DNA of 64,000 bases, taken from NCBI GenBank assembly GCA_938034445.1, contig CALHLD010000026.1, forward strand, positions 562-64,561. The letters run 5' to 3'. Shown one piece after another: positions 28,912 to 38,146 of the stretch (position 1 is its first letter; each line of letters starts with the position of its first letter). Below the pieces are notes generated by a model that was not told where the DNA came from, ran no database searches, and saw nothing but the letters and a program-made list of their open reading frames with translations. The stretch comes from an uncultured archaeon. Lineage in GTDB: Archaea; Thermoproteota; Nitrososphaeria; JACIWG01. Position numbers and translations under genes: made by a program.

Positions 28912-29604
28912 TTATTTTTGTTGGCAAAAATGTGGCTTCCTTAAATTTAGTTCCTCAAGAAGTCTCTCTTTTTCTTCTTTAGCCATTTTTGAATAGTATC
29001 TGTTTTTTGGATCATTTATACTTTCTATATATGCATTTATCACTTGACCTATGTGTTCATCATTGCTTTCATAGCCTATTCTAGGATAAATTTCATTCCA
29101 TTCATTACTTCCAAAAGGAATTATTTTGACAACCTTTCCTACAATATGGAGTTGCGGTATTATCTTTTCTTCTTGAGTGAATATATCTCTAACCTTTACT
29201 AGACTGTTTTCTAATAAAGCAATAATTCTAGCATGAACAACAATTGTTCTGTTATTTTCAGAATTTACTGCCAAATATTGAATTAGATCATTCACTTTTA
29301 ATCTTGAAGGAACAGAATAGACAATAATGTCACCTGGAAATGCAATGTCTTTTAACCACATGTCACATAATCCAAGGTGTCCACTATTTACAATATAATA
29401 GTCGCCTAAAGTGTTCAAAAAAATTTTGCAGGCTCTATATACCTCGTCAGGATTTTCTTTTGATAGCAAATGTAATACGTTAAGTATTGAAAACTCTAGA
29501 TTTTCTGATGAATTAATGATTTCCTTAACTATCTTAGGATAGTTATCAAAACGTGCGCGTATATTCTTAACATCACTATCTTTTTTAATCATCATAACAT
29601 ACAC
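28912..29604 (-). CDS. Hypothetical protein with a peptidase S24/S26-like beta domain
   Basis: PGDIIVY...LKVNDLIQY...IVVHARII...IVGKVVKIIPF resembles the signal peptidase/LexA fold; no TM segment. Confidence 0.5.
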   Translation of the reverse strand: MYVMMIKKDSDVKNIRARFDNYPKIVKEIINSSENLEFSILNVLHLLSKENPDEVYRACKIFLNTLGDYYIVNSGHLGLCDMWLKDIAFPGDIIVYSVPSRLKVNDLIQYLAVNSENNRTIVVHARIIALLENSLVKVRDIFTQEEKIIPQLHIVGKVVKIIPFGSNEWNEIYPRIGYESNDEHIGQVINAYIESINDPKNRYYSKMAKEEKERLLEELNLRKPHFCQQK

Positions 29605-29668
29605 ATTTCCTCGCCACTTTAAAAGGCTTTATATTTTATTAAATCACTTTAACTAAATTTTATTAATG

Positions 29669-29740
29669 AGGTGGGGAGGGGATTTGAACCCCTGTATATC
29701 CGCTCTGCAGGCGGACTCGTAGCCGCTCCGACACCCCACC
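29669..29740 (-). tRNA. tRNA-Cys(GCA), intronless, CCA not encoded
   Basis: Acceptor GGTGGGG/CCCCACC, anticodon arm TCCGC-CTGCAGA-GCGGA, T-arm AGGGG-TTCAAAT-CCCCT, discriminator U73. Confidence 0.95.
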
Positions 29741-29786
29741 TTCAACAACTAGATTTAATTTCCAGAAATAAATATTTTTCTATTCC

Positions 29787-30041
29787 CTACTTAACTACTG
29801 TTTCCTTCTCCATCTGCTGCTGTTTAATTATTTCTGAAATTATAGCCTCTATATCATTTTCAACGGTGGGCTTTACTTTTTCAGAAACCTCTTTTGGTAT
29901 TTCATAAGATGTGGGTTTTATAAGTATTCCATCTCCAACATCCATTAAAATCACCAATTTATTTTCTGTAATATTATATTTTTCGATAAGTTCTTCAGGA
30001 ATCGTTATTTTCTTATCCTTGATTCTCGTATGTATTATCAT
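29787..30041 (-). CDS. AbrB/MazE/SpoVT-like DNA-binding protein (paralog of 27552..27827)
   Basis: TRI...KITIPEE...KY.I.....V......GILIKP; shared C-terminal DI.A..SEI. Confidence 0.65.
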   Translation of the reverse strand: MIIHTRIKDKKITIPEELIEKYNITENKLVILMDVGDGILIKPTSYEIPKEVSEKVKPTVENDIEAIISEIIKQQQMEKETVVK

Positions 30042-30143
30042 GTCACCAAACCATTTTGTTACATGTTTATATTCTTTATCATCATTTGAAGCATCAACCT
30101 GCTGGAAAATTTTTATACTTGTCTAAGAATATAGCAAATCATA

Positions 30144-32012
30144 GTGTATAAAGAGATTTTTCCATATCAATTTAGAGAATATCAGAAAGAGTTTCTAGAC
30201 TTCATTATGTATAATGTTAGTGCTAAAAATTTAGTTTTAAATGCTGTTACCGGTTTCGGTAAAACACCACTTATTTTATCTGCATTGCTTCCAAAAGCTT
30301 TTCAAGAAGGTCGTAAAATTGTTTGGGTGGTGAGAACAGGAAACGAAATAGATCGGCCTATTGAAGAGCTGAAGAATATAGTGGAAAAGGGTGGTTTTAA
30401 AATTTTCGGCTTCTCTTTCCGTGGAAAACGTGATATGTGTTTACTTATTAGGGATATGAAAATTAAGGGGAAGATTGATTATGAAGATGCTAAATATATT
30501 TGTGATTTGCATAAGGATAGCTGCATATATTATCAGAATCTTCCAGAAAGGGTGTTCTATAAATTTAGAGACCCCCTACTATATTCTCAGATTCTTTCAG
30601 AATGTAAGCGATTGAATGTTTGTCCCTACTATTTTCAGTTAAAGCTTTTACCTGACGCGACTGTTGTGTCTATGAGCTATAACTACATACTTAATGAGAA
30701 TATAAGGTGGGTTGTAAACTATGGTTTAAAATTAAAAAACGCTTTTCTTGTAGTCGATGAAGCGCATAATCTTCAAAATGCCTGCATGAATCTAAACTCT
30801 GACTCTATTACAGAGACAAGCATCTTGAAGGCGATAAGGGAGGCTAAAAACTTTTATCCCAAAGGTGAAGATATTATTTACTTTCTAAAAAATTTTCTTA
30901 CATTTTTAAGAAACGAATGCAAAGATATTAAAGAAGACAAGGAATTTGACTTTAAAAGTTTCATACAAAAGTTTGGTCAAAGAGAGTTTGTTAATATCAT
31001 AAAACGGTTACACAGACTAGGCCTAATGGTGAGGATTGAAAAGTTTAGAAAAAATATGGCACCTAGGTCAAGCTTATATCATTTAAGTACATTCTTTGAG
31101 AATTCGATAAAAAATTTGGATGTTGAGGGTATTGCTTTCATATTAAGTAAGGACAAGAAGGATAAGATTAAGCTTGAAATGTTCGACATGAGGGTAAGCG
31201 AAATTCTTTCAAACATATGGCGTCTTTCCTATAGATGTGTTTTCTGTTCGGGAACTTTAAATCCTGTAGACGAGTTCGCTAAAGTTATAGGCTTAGAAAA
31301 CTATGTTGGAAAATCTTTTCCATCGATATTTGATGAAAAAAATGTGCACACAATTATAACATCATATCTTACCACAAAAGGTGAGGAACTTGAAAAGGAA
31401 ATGGCAAAATTGTTCGTAAATTCCATCAACACATTCATTAAGGCTATTAAAGAAAATGTAGCAATATATGCTGCAAGCTACAGAATTTTAGAAAATCTTT
31501 TAGATTCTGGTCTAGAAAAGGTTGTGGTTGAAAATGGAAGAAGGTTTTTCCTCGAAGAAGAGGGAATGAGTGGTAAAAAGGGTAGGGAAATTTTAGATAG
31601 CTTTAAAGATTGTGCAAAATCAGATCAAAAAGGAGTTTTATGTGCTACAATGTTCGGACGTTTTTCTGAAGGTGTAGACTTTCCAGGAAAGGAGCTTGAA
31701 GGAATATTCCTTGTTGGGATACCCTTCGAAAGATTAACTGTTAAAACAAAATTGTACATTAAATATTTCCAGAAACTTTATGGTGAAAGAGACGGCAAAT
31801 ATTATGCGTACATTCTTCCAGCTTTAAAAAGAGCTTCACAAGCTTTAGGTCGTGCCCTAAGGTCTAAAGAAGATAAGGCTGTTTTTGTGCTTGGAGATAG
31901 AAGATATAGAAGGTATCTTAATCTACTCCCTGACTTTATTTCAAAAAGTTATAGTACTGCTAGAAACTTAGATGAACTTTCTAAAGAATCCCTAAAATAT
32001 TATCTACTTTAA
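30144..32012 (+). CDS. xpd: XPD/Rad3-family Fe-S DNA helicase
   Basis: FR.YQ Q-motif, TGFGKT, Fe-S cysteines with CPYY, DEAHN, SGTL, SEGVDF, QALGR..R. Confidence 0.93.
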   Translation: MYKEIFPYQFREYQKEFLDFIMYNVSAKNLVLNAVTGFGKTPLILSALLPKAFQEGRKIVWVVRTGNEIDRPIEELKNIVEKGGFKIFGFSFRGKRDMCLLIRDMKIKGKIDYEDAKYICDLHKDSCIYYQNLPERVFYKFRDPLLYSQILSECKRLNVCPYYFQLKLLPDATVVSMSYNYILNENIRWVVNYGLKLKNAFLVVDEAHNLQNACMNLNSDSITETSILKAIREAKNFYPKGEDIIYFLKNFLTFLRNECKDIKEDKEFDFKSFIQKFGQREFVNIIKRLHRLGLMVRIEKFRKNMAPRSSLYHLSTFFENSIKNLDVEGIAFILSKDKKDKIKLEMFDMRVSEILSNIWRLSYRCVFCSGTLNPVDEFAKVIGLENYVGKSFPSIFDEKNVHTIITSYLTTKGEELEKEMAKLFVNSINTFIKAIKENVAIYAASYRILENLLDSGLEKVVVENGRRFFLEEEGMSGKKGREILDSFKDCAKSDQKGVLCATMFGRFSEGVDFPGKELEGIFLVGIPFERLTVKTKLYIKYFQKLYGERDGKYYAYILPALKRASQALGRALRSKEDKAVFVLGDRRYRRYLNLLPDFISKSYSTARNLDELSKESLKYYLL

Positions 32013-32025
32013 AAAAATTATCGAT

Positions 32026-32403
32026 TTAAAGCTTAATCACCTTTGTTAGGGTGCCTCTCTCAATTTCCCTAACCTTCACTCTAGCTGGCTTTAAAATAAG
32101 TTTAATCAACTCTAATGCAACATGAGGCTTTGATTTTTCCCCGCATGTAAAAATGTCAACACTAGCAAAACCATATTCTGGCCATGTGTGAATAGATATA
32201 TGTGATTCTTCAAGAGCAATTATACCCGTAACTCCGTAGGGGGTAAACTTCTTAAAAACTTCCCCAATTGCTTTCATATTAGCGTTTACAACAGCATCTC
32301 TTAAAACTCTTCTAATTAGCTTTACATTGTCCAATAAACTTGGTTCACAGCCGTAAAAGTCGGCTATTATGTGATAACCGAGTCCTTCTGTCATAAAGTT
32401 CAC
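32026..32403 (-). CDS. speH: Pyruvoyl-dependent S-adenosylmethionine decarboxylase proenzyme (the arginine decarboxylase paralog is not excluded)
   Basis: ESHISIHTWPE autocleavage motif, DIFTCG. Confidence 0.85.
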   Translation of the reverse strand: MNFMTEGLGYHIIADFYGCEPSLLDNVKLIRRVLRDAVVNANMKAIGEVFKKFTPYGVTGIIALEESHISIHTWPEYGFASVDIFTCGEKSKPHVALELIKLILKPARVKVREIERGTLTKVIKL

Positions 32404-32779
32404 CCAATAGACCTTATATTTTATTTAATTTAAATTTTTTGCCATATTTTGGTTTTATACTTCAAAAACTAATTATAATAAGGATTATATCATTTTTTCT
32501 TAACTAATATTAAATTAGGCAATTTATTACAATTAAATAATATTTTTATCGTTATAATATGATATTTTATGAAAATAATCTCAAATATAGCCTTTAAAAT
32601 GTTTTTAAACCTATTTTTTGAGTAATAATCTAAAAATGGTCGTAAAATTGTGTAATTAATTCGATTTTAAATTTTTGTGCTTAAATTGATTTTGGTAACA
32701 AAATTTTTATCAAATTTATTAAATTATAATACATGAATAAAATTTAAATACGCTAAATTGAACGTTATTAAAGATTAAA

Positions 32780-33319
32780 ATGGAGTTTGAAATTGTTATA
32801 AAAAATAGACGAAGTGTTCGTTTGTTCGAAGAAAGAGAAATTTCTGATGAAGTTTTATTAAAAATGGTGGAACATGCATCCCTTGCTCCTTCACCTGGAA
32901 ACCTTCAACCTTGGGAATTCATTATAGTTAAGAATAGAGATCTGATTGAAAAAATAGTTTCAACAACCTACTCGGGAAATGTAAAAACTTCGTCCCCTCA
33001 AACATGGATAAAGTCCGCATCGGCAGTGATAGTGGTTTGTTACATTCCTCGTCCAGTTTCCGCAAGATATGGTGATGAAGGTCGTGTTCCAGGTTTACTT
33101 GGCCTAGGCGCAGCAATAGAAAATCTACTCTTGTCAGCGGTTAACATGGGTCTTGGCGCATGTTGGGTGTCAGGTTTTAGGTCTGATGAACTATCAAAGG
33201 TTTTAGGTCTTCCTAAAGGAAGCGAACCCATATCAATAATTCCAGTCGGGTACCCTAAAGAAATTCCAGAAGCTCCGCCAAAACTTCCGGTAGACCAAAT
33301 CACCACTTTTATTAAGTAA
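32780..33319 (+). CDS. Nitroreductase family protein
   Basis: RRSVR, APSPGNLQPW, GLGACW, PVGYP. Confidence 0.92.
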   Translation: MEFEIVIKNRRSVRLFEEREISDEVLLKMVEHASLAPSPGNLQPWEFIIVKNRDLIEKIVSTTYSGNVKTSSPQTWIKSASAVIVVCYIPRPVSARYGDEGRVPGLLGLGAAIENLLLSAVNMGLGACWVSGFRSDELSKVLGLPKGSEPISIIPVGYPKEIPEAPPKLPVDQITTFIK

Positions 33320-33328
33320 AAAAATATT

Positions 33329-34501
33329 TTAATATGATAAAATCTTTTTCATATATTGAGAGTATTCCATGAACCTTCTGTAAGAAAATTCAACGTGGAC
33401 TAAATGGTCTGATCCAGGAATATAGCCTCCCATTTCTCTTAAGATTGGCACTTTTGAATCAACTTCTTTACGCATCCTTTCTCCTCCTAGAGAAATTTCT
33501 CTTTTATCTAAGTTGCCTATTAGAAAAAGTTTATCGCCATATTTCTTTTTCACAGTTATCGCGTCCATTCCCGCATTTACTTCAAGAGGCCATAAACCAG
33601 TTATTCCTGCATCAATAATAAGGTCTAGAAGAGGATAGAGATTGCCGTCACTGTCCATTAAAATTCTATGAATCTTATTCTTGTTCAAAAAGCCTATGAC
33701 ATTTTTATAATGTGGAAGTAAAAACTCTCTATAAAGTTTTGGGGAAATGCACGGGCCATTTTTTTCAGCTAAATCTTCCCACCAAAAAACTAAATCAATT
33801 CTATCCTTCAAGGTTTCAACTGAATTCCTAATCGCTTCAACAGTAAAATATTCCCAATGTTTCAGCATGTCTTCAATAAGTTCTGGATCTTTATAAAATG
33901 TGGTTAAAAATGTTGGAATACCCATTAGTTCCGCTCCAAACCCATAAAAACCGTTCAAGCATATTGCTGTGGGACCATCTTGATGTTCCTCAAAAGCTCT
34001 AATATATGCTTCACTATTCCAGTCCTTTGGCTGTCTACAAGGATCATGGGGATTCAAACGCATTTTATATTCCTCCCAACTCTTTCTATCTTTCACAGGA
34101 AATTCTAGAAACATAGGCATACTGTACCATATATGCTCTGCCTCCCTAAACCTTCTCGCAACAGCACCCGTCTGTGTTAAAACATCGATATACCTTTCAT
34201 CTTCTCTTAAAATTCTTTGCCTATATCTTGGGAGAGGTCCAAGATCTAATGGAACTGTTAGACTTAGAAAATTATAGCATCCAAAATACTTGTATGGATT
34301 AAAGCCTTTAATAATTGGCCAGTTTAACAATGAAACACCGCCAACTCTAACCTCCCAATCTATAACCAATACTTTGTCAGCTGGAAGCCCCTCATTTAAC
34401 CATTTAACTAGAGTTTCATCATAGAACCTTTCACACCATGGTAATATATCAGGCTTCTTAAAATTCATTACAGCTTTTATTCTCTCTCTTGGCGTCATCA
34501 T
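33329..34501 (-). CDS. Uroporphyrinogen decarboxylase / MtaA-CmuA-like family protein
   Basis: MTPRER, EDLA....P..SP, DSDGN, GNLD, GGYI...DH. Confidence 0.85.
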   Translation of the reverse strand: MMTPRERIKAVMNFKKPDILPWCERFYDETLVKWLNEGLPADKVLVIDWEVRVGGVSLLNWPIIKGFNPYKYFGCYNFLSLTVPLDLGPLPRYRQRILREDERYIDVLTQTGAVARRFREAEHIWYSMPMFLEFPVKDRKSWEEYKMRLNPHDPCRQPKDWNSEAYIRAFEEHQDGPTAICLNGFYGFGAELMGIPTFLTTFYKDPELIEDMLKHWEYFTVEAIRNSVETLKDRIDLVFWWEDLAEKNGPCISPKLYREFLLPHYKNVIGFLNKNKIHRILMDSDGNLYPLLDLIIDAGITGLWPLEVNAGMDAITVKKKYGDKLFLIGNLDKREISLGGERMRKEVDSKVPILREMGGYIPGSDHLVHVEFSYRRFMEYSQYMKKILSY

Positions 34502-34611
34502 AGGAAAGCATATTAATTTTGTATTATTTAAATAATTCTACATTTGTAAAAATATGCCAAAATTAAGTAAAATTTATATAATATATAAAATTTTGTAACA
34601 TGGGATAAAAT

Positions 34612-35130
34612 ATGAGTTTGAATGGAAAGAGGATTGCAATTCTTGCTGGCCCAGACTACGAGGATCTTGAATTACACTATCCACATCTGAGGCTAATTGA
34701 AGAAGGGGCTGAGGTGAAAGTTATTGCAATGGAAAAGCAGACTGTAGTAGGAAAGCATGGCCTATCGATAATGCCTGATTTGACTTTTGCAGAAGCAAAC
34801 CCTGAAAATTTTGACTGTGTAATAGTTCCGGGAGGTTGGGCTCCAGATAGACTGAGAAGATATCCTGAAGTATTAGACTTTGTAAGAAAAATGTTTGAAT
34901 TAAAGAAAATTGTGGCAGCAATATGCCATGGACCACACGTGCTTATTTCAGCAAACATATTAAAGGGTAAAACTGTGACCTGTTTTTCAGCAATAAAGGA
35001 TGATGTAATAAATGCTGGCGCAAATTATGTGGACAAACCGGTTGTAAGGCACGAGAACATAATAACATCAAGGATTCCAGCTGACCTGCCATACTTTTGC
35101 CAAGAAATAATAAAAGCTCTTAAAGAGTAG
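34612..35130 (+). CDS. pfpI: PfpI/DJ-1 family protease/glyoxalase
   Basis: YEDLE, VPGG, AICHGP, TSR.P.DL. Confidence 0.92.
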   Translation: MSLNGKRIAILAGPDYEDLELHYPHLRLIEEGAEVKVIAMEKQTVVGKHGLSIMPDLTFAEANPENFDCVIVPGGWAPDRLRRYPEVLDFVRKMFELKKIVAAICHGPHVLISANILKGKTVTCFSAIKDDVINAGANYVDKPVVRHENIITSRIPADLPYFCQEIIKALKE

Positions 35131-35174
35131 CCAAACTTTATAAGCACATCTAAAATCTCTTTTTTGAGAAGGGT

Positions 35175-35573
35175 TTGAAATACTATATTGGGCCAATTGT
35201 AGCATTAATTTTATCGTTTCCACTTTTAGTCCCAACCTTTTTTATTTACCCAAATCTTCTAAATTCAATCTATGTTTTTGCAATAATGTGCCTAATTTTT
35301 TTAACAACTGGCATACTCTATGATCTTTCACTGATATTGTTTAAGAAAAAATTGGTTGCCTTCAAAAAATTTGCATTGTATTCAGGGTTTTTCTGGCTAA
35401 TTTCATTAGTGCCAATAAAGTTTATCCACAATAACCTATTATCACTTTTACTCTCATATTCATGTATTGATGTTACAATAACATACTTAGCAGTATACGC
35501 TTTATCAGGATTTATTTTCGGTATAATGTTTTCAATAGTCTACAGGTATATTGTAGCATTTGCATACGCTTAA
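35175..35573 (+). CDS. Hypothetical 4-TM membrane protein
   Basis: Four hydrophobic segments; plausible upstream TATA. Confidence 0.6.
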   Translation: MKYYIGPIVALILSFPLLVPTFFIYPNLLNSIYVFAIMCLIFLTTGILYDLSLILFKKKLVAFKKFALYSGFFWLISLVPIKFIHNNLLSLLLSYSCIDVTITYLAVYALSGFIFGIMFSIVYRYIVAFAYA

Positions 35574-35579
35574 ATCATT

Positions 35580-35857
35580 TTATGGTTTCACGATAGCTTT
35601 AAGAGCTAACCCATTTATCGCAACCTCAAAGGCTTTGTGTATTTCCTCTAACTTAAAAGTATGGGTTATTATTTTAGACGTTGGAATTAGTTTTTTGGAA
35701 AGAATTCTGAGTGCCACATCAAATGTGTTTGCATATCTCATTAAACCTTTAACATCCAACTCTTTTACGACAACATTCAAAAGTCTAGAAGGTATGTCCT
35801 CATTTGGAAGATTTCCAATTAACACAATACATCCACCTTTACGTACACATTTTAAAT
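35580..35857 (-). pseudogene. C-terminal fragment of a Zn-dependent (sorbitol-type) dehydrogenase
   Basis: VRKGG.IVLIG...KELDVKGLMRYANTF...ITHTFKLEEI.KAFE...KAIVKP, cut at the IS left junction. Confidence 0.8.
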
Positions 35858-35899
35858 CCGTAGTTAACAGTTTCAAAATAGATATGTTTAAATATAAAA

Positions 35900-36097
35900 T
35901 TGTTAATTGCATTAAATGTGGAAACAAAAGAAAAACTGTTAACAACAAGCGAGTTTGCAAAAACCTTTAACGTTACAAGACATGCTGTAGCTAAATGGAT
36001 TAGAGAAGGAAGAATTAACGCAATTAAACTACCCGGTGGAAGATACAGGATACCCGAATCTGAGGTTGAGAAGTTATGGAAGTCGTTAAAGCGGTAG
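35900..36097 (+). CDS. MerR/excisionase-like HTH protein (IS607 TnpA DNA-binding domain only)
   Basis: LLTTSEFAK.F.VT...V.KWIREGRI.A.KLPGGRYRIPESEV; no serine-recombinase domain; overlaps tnpB. Confidence 0.85.
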   Translation: MLIALNVETKEKLLTTSEFAKTFNVTRHAVAKWIREGRINAIKLPGGRYRIPESEVEKLWKSLKR

Positions 36098-37257
36098 TTT
36101 TCAAGCACGACGCCGATGTTAAGCCGTTGCTTGAAGCATTCAACCAGATGGTCAATGAATGCATGGAATATGCTTTGAGATACGGAGTCAACTCGCCGAT
36201 GAAGCTTGAGAAGGCATTGTACGATGAATTTAAACAGAAGTATGGGTTGGCAACACATTACTGCATATCGGCCTGTAGAGTAGCTTGTTCCGCTTTAAAG
36301 TCTTGGAGAAGGCTTGTGAAGAAGGGTAGAGCTGACAAAAATAAGCCTCCAGTCTTCAAGACATTAGCGATGAGGCTTCAGAAGGGGCTTATGAGGTTTA
36401 AAGAGGATAAAATAGTTGTAACGGTAAAACCACGTCAATGGGTTGAAATCCCCCTGATAATCGGCTCGTACCAGGCTCAATTCGTTGAGGCTTGGAGAAA
36501 GGGGGAGCTTAAACTTGGTGAAATAACGCTTTTAGAGGATAAAGCAATAGCGACTTTCAAGAAAGAGGTTCAAGAGGTTGCTCCTAAAGGCTATGCTTCA
36601 ATAGACGTCAACCTGATGAGCCTAGATGTTTTAAAGACAAACGGTGAATCGTTAGCATACAAGAAAACAGATTTGAAGAAGCTCTACGGAATAAGAGTCC
36701 ACTACTTCAAGAAGCGTAGGAAAATTCAGAGATTATCAAAATATAAGCCGAAGACCTCTAAACGCCTCATGGAAAAATACTCTAAACGCGAAAAGAGGAG
36801 GATAGACGACATCCTTCATAAGATTACGGCAAATATTGTTAGAGAACTTGTTAAGGAAGGTATTTCACCAGTCTTTGAAAAGCTTAAAGGATTGAATTAC
36901 AACGCTACGAGGAATCACCATGCGAAGCGTAAAAATCGCAAAGTTTCATCGTTGCCATATTGGAAAATTCAAAGATTCATAGAGTATAAGATGGCCTGGC
37001 ACGGCTATAAAACTCATTATGTTAACGCAAAAAACACAAGCAAGACTTGCCCAAGATGCGGGAGTCTGTCCCAAGCCAAGGGGCAAGTCTACGAATGTAA
37101 ACATTGCGGGTATGAAGCTGACAGGCACTTTATCGCATGCGTGAACATACTCAATATGTGGGGAACTGGGTTCTCCCCGAAAGCCCTCAATGAGCTAATC
37201 GAGAGGGAAGAGTTAGGTGGGAATGAAAGTAACAGATTACTACATATTCCTACTTAA
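36076..37257 (+). CDS. tnpB: TnpB RNA-guided nuclease family protein
   Basis: RuvC-I SIDVN, RuvC-II VFEKL, NTSKTCPRCG...CKHCG zinc finger, RuvC-III region DRHFIACVNI. Confidence 0.92.
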   Translation: MEVVKAVVFKHDADVKPLLEAFNQMVNECMEYALRYGVNSPMKLEKALYDEFKQKYGLATHYCISACRVACSALKSWRRLVKKGRADKNKPPVFKTLAMRLQKGLMRFKEDKIVVTVKPRQWVEIPLIIGSYQAQFVEAWRKGELKLGEITLLEDKAIATFKKEVQEVAPKGYASIDVNLMSLDVLKTNGESLAYKKTDLKKLYGIRVHYFKKRRKIQRLSKYKPKTSKRLMEKYSKREKRRIDDILHKITANIVRELVKEGISPVFEKLKGLNYNATRNHHAKRKNRKVSSLPYWKIQRFIEYKMAWHGYKTHYVNAKNTSKTCPRCGSLSQAKGQVYECKHCGYEADRHFIACVNILNMWGTGFSPKALNELIEREELGGNESNRLLHIPT

Positions 37258-37266
37258 CTCAGAACC
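37150..37266 (+). ncRNA. Putative TnpB omega/reRNA scaffold overlapping the tnpB 3' end
   Basis: Hairpins ggggaac...ttctcccc, ccctc...gaggg and taggtgggaatg...tattcctacttaa ending at the element boundary. Confidence 0.6.
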
Positions 37267-37267
37267 C

Positions 37268-37339
37268 ATCTCCAATTTTAGGTTTTTCTACTTCTTCGAT
37301 TCTCAAATCTTTTGGCCCATATAAAAGTGCACCTTTCAA
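37268..37339 (-). pseudogene. N-terminal fragment of the same Zn-dependent dehydrogenase
   Basis: TTG start; (M)KGALLYGPKDLRIEEVEKPKIGD is a canonical MDR N-terminus and abuts the IS right end. Confidence 0.78.
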
Positions 37340-37532
37340 GCAATTACACCATACTGAATATTGAAGGGAGTCTGCTTTTAAATTTTTTAACCTTATTTAT
37401 TGTTAAACTTTAATCGTTTCAAACAAGTAGTAAAGTGAATAAGTTACCGTTTTTGAGTAGTGACTTTTATGTATTCTTTATGCAAAGATACTTTTATATA
37501 CTTATATTGTTATATTATTATATGGTGGTGTA

Positions 37533-37775
37533 ATGAAGAAGTATGTGACTATTTCTGTTCCAGCAGAAGTTAAAAAAATTTTAGAGGAGGCTAAGGGTGA
37601 AGAGGAATGGGGTGACTTTCTTCTTAAGCTATATATGGAGATTAAAAGATTGAAAAGTTTGGAGGCATTCAAAAATTTGAAAGAAACATTATCTGAAGAA
37701 GATTTAAGGTCAATTATGATGTCCAGTAAAGAATTTAGAAGTGAGTTCAGTTTCAGGTCAACTAATTCTGAGTAA
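37533..37775 (+). CDS. vapB: VapB-type antitoxin
   Basis: Small RHH-like YVTISVP.EVK..L upstream of a PIN gene. Confidence 0.75.
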   Translation: MKKYVTISVPAEVKKILEEAKGEEEWGDFLLKLYMEIKRLKSLEAFKNLKETLSEEDLRSIMMSSKEFRSEFSFRSTNSE

Positions 37776-37791
37776 AAGGCTGGTGATCTTA

Positions 37792-38139
37792 ATGAAGTTG
37801 TTTGATACAGAAGCTACTATCAATATGATAAGATCTAATAAGTACGAGCATGGTAGCGTATCAATTATAACGTTAATTGAATTTTTGAGGGGCATAAAGG
37901 ATGAAAAAAGGGATATAATTAAGAAACTTCTAGAAGCAAGTTTTGATATAATATGGATCGATAATGATATAATTAAACTGTACTGTAAAATTTATCAGGA
38001 ACTTAAAAAGAGGGGTGAACTTGTTCCTGATGCTGACCTACTTATAGCGGCGACTGCAATTTCAAAAAAGTTTGATTTAGTTTCAAACGATATACATTTT
38101 GAGAAGCTCATACCATTTGGGTTAAAGTTAATAAAATAG
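37792..38139 (+). CDS. vapC: VapC PIN-domain toxin
   Basis: MKLFDT, T..E, DADLLIAATA, SND.HF; probable start ATG 37792. Confidence 0.88.
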   Translation: MKLFDTEATINMIRSNKYEHGSVSIITLIEFLRGIKDEKRDIIKKLLEASFDIIWIDNDIIKLYCKIYQELKKRGELVPDADLLIAATAISKKFDLVSNDIHFEKLIPFGLKLIK

Positions 38140-38146
38140 TTTCATT

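Larger units (their letters stand above)
35860..37266 (+). mobile_element. IS607-derived element (HTH-only TnpA + TnpB)
   Basis: CC (GG on the minus strand) at both junctions; lies between the N- and C-terminal pieces of one dehydrogenase gene. Confidence 0.75.

Noticed and set aside
27520..29668. att duplication of the tRNA-Cys 3' end marking an integrated element
   Set aside because: No second copy of the tRNA 3' end was found downstream
29671..29907. 78-aa ORF beginning MGRGFEPLY
   Set aside because: It is the antisense reading of tRNA-Cys and the neighbouring gene
32404..32779. Replication origin call
   Set aside because: No ORB-like boxes were recognised and no cdc6/orc1 gene is nearby
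35858..35960. N-terminal part of the 126-aa minus-strand ORF at 35580..35960
   Set aside because: These codons are IS left-end sequence fused by chance to the dehydrogenase fragment
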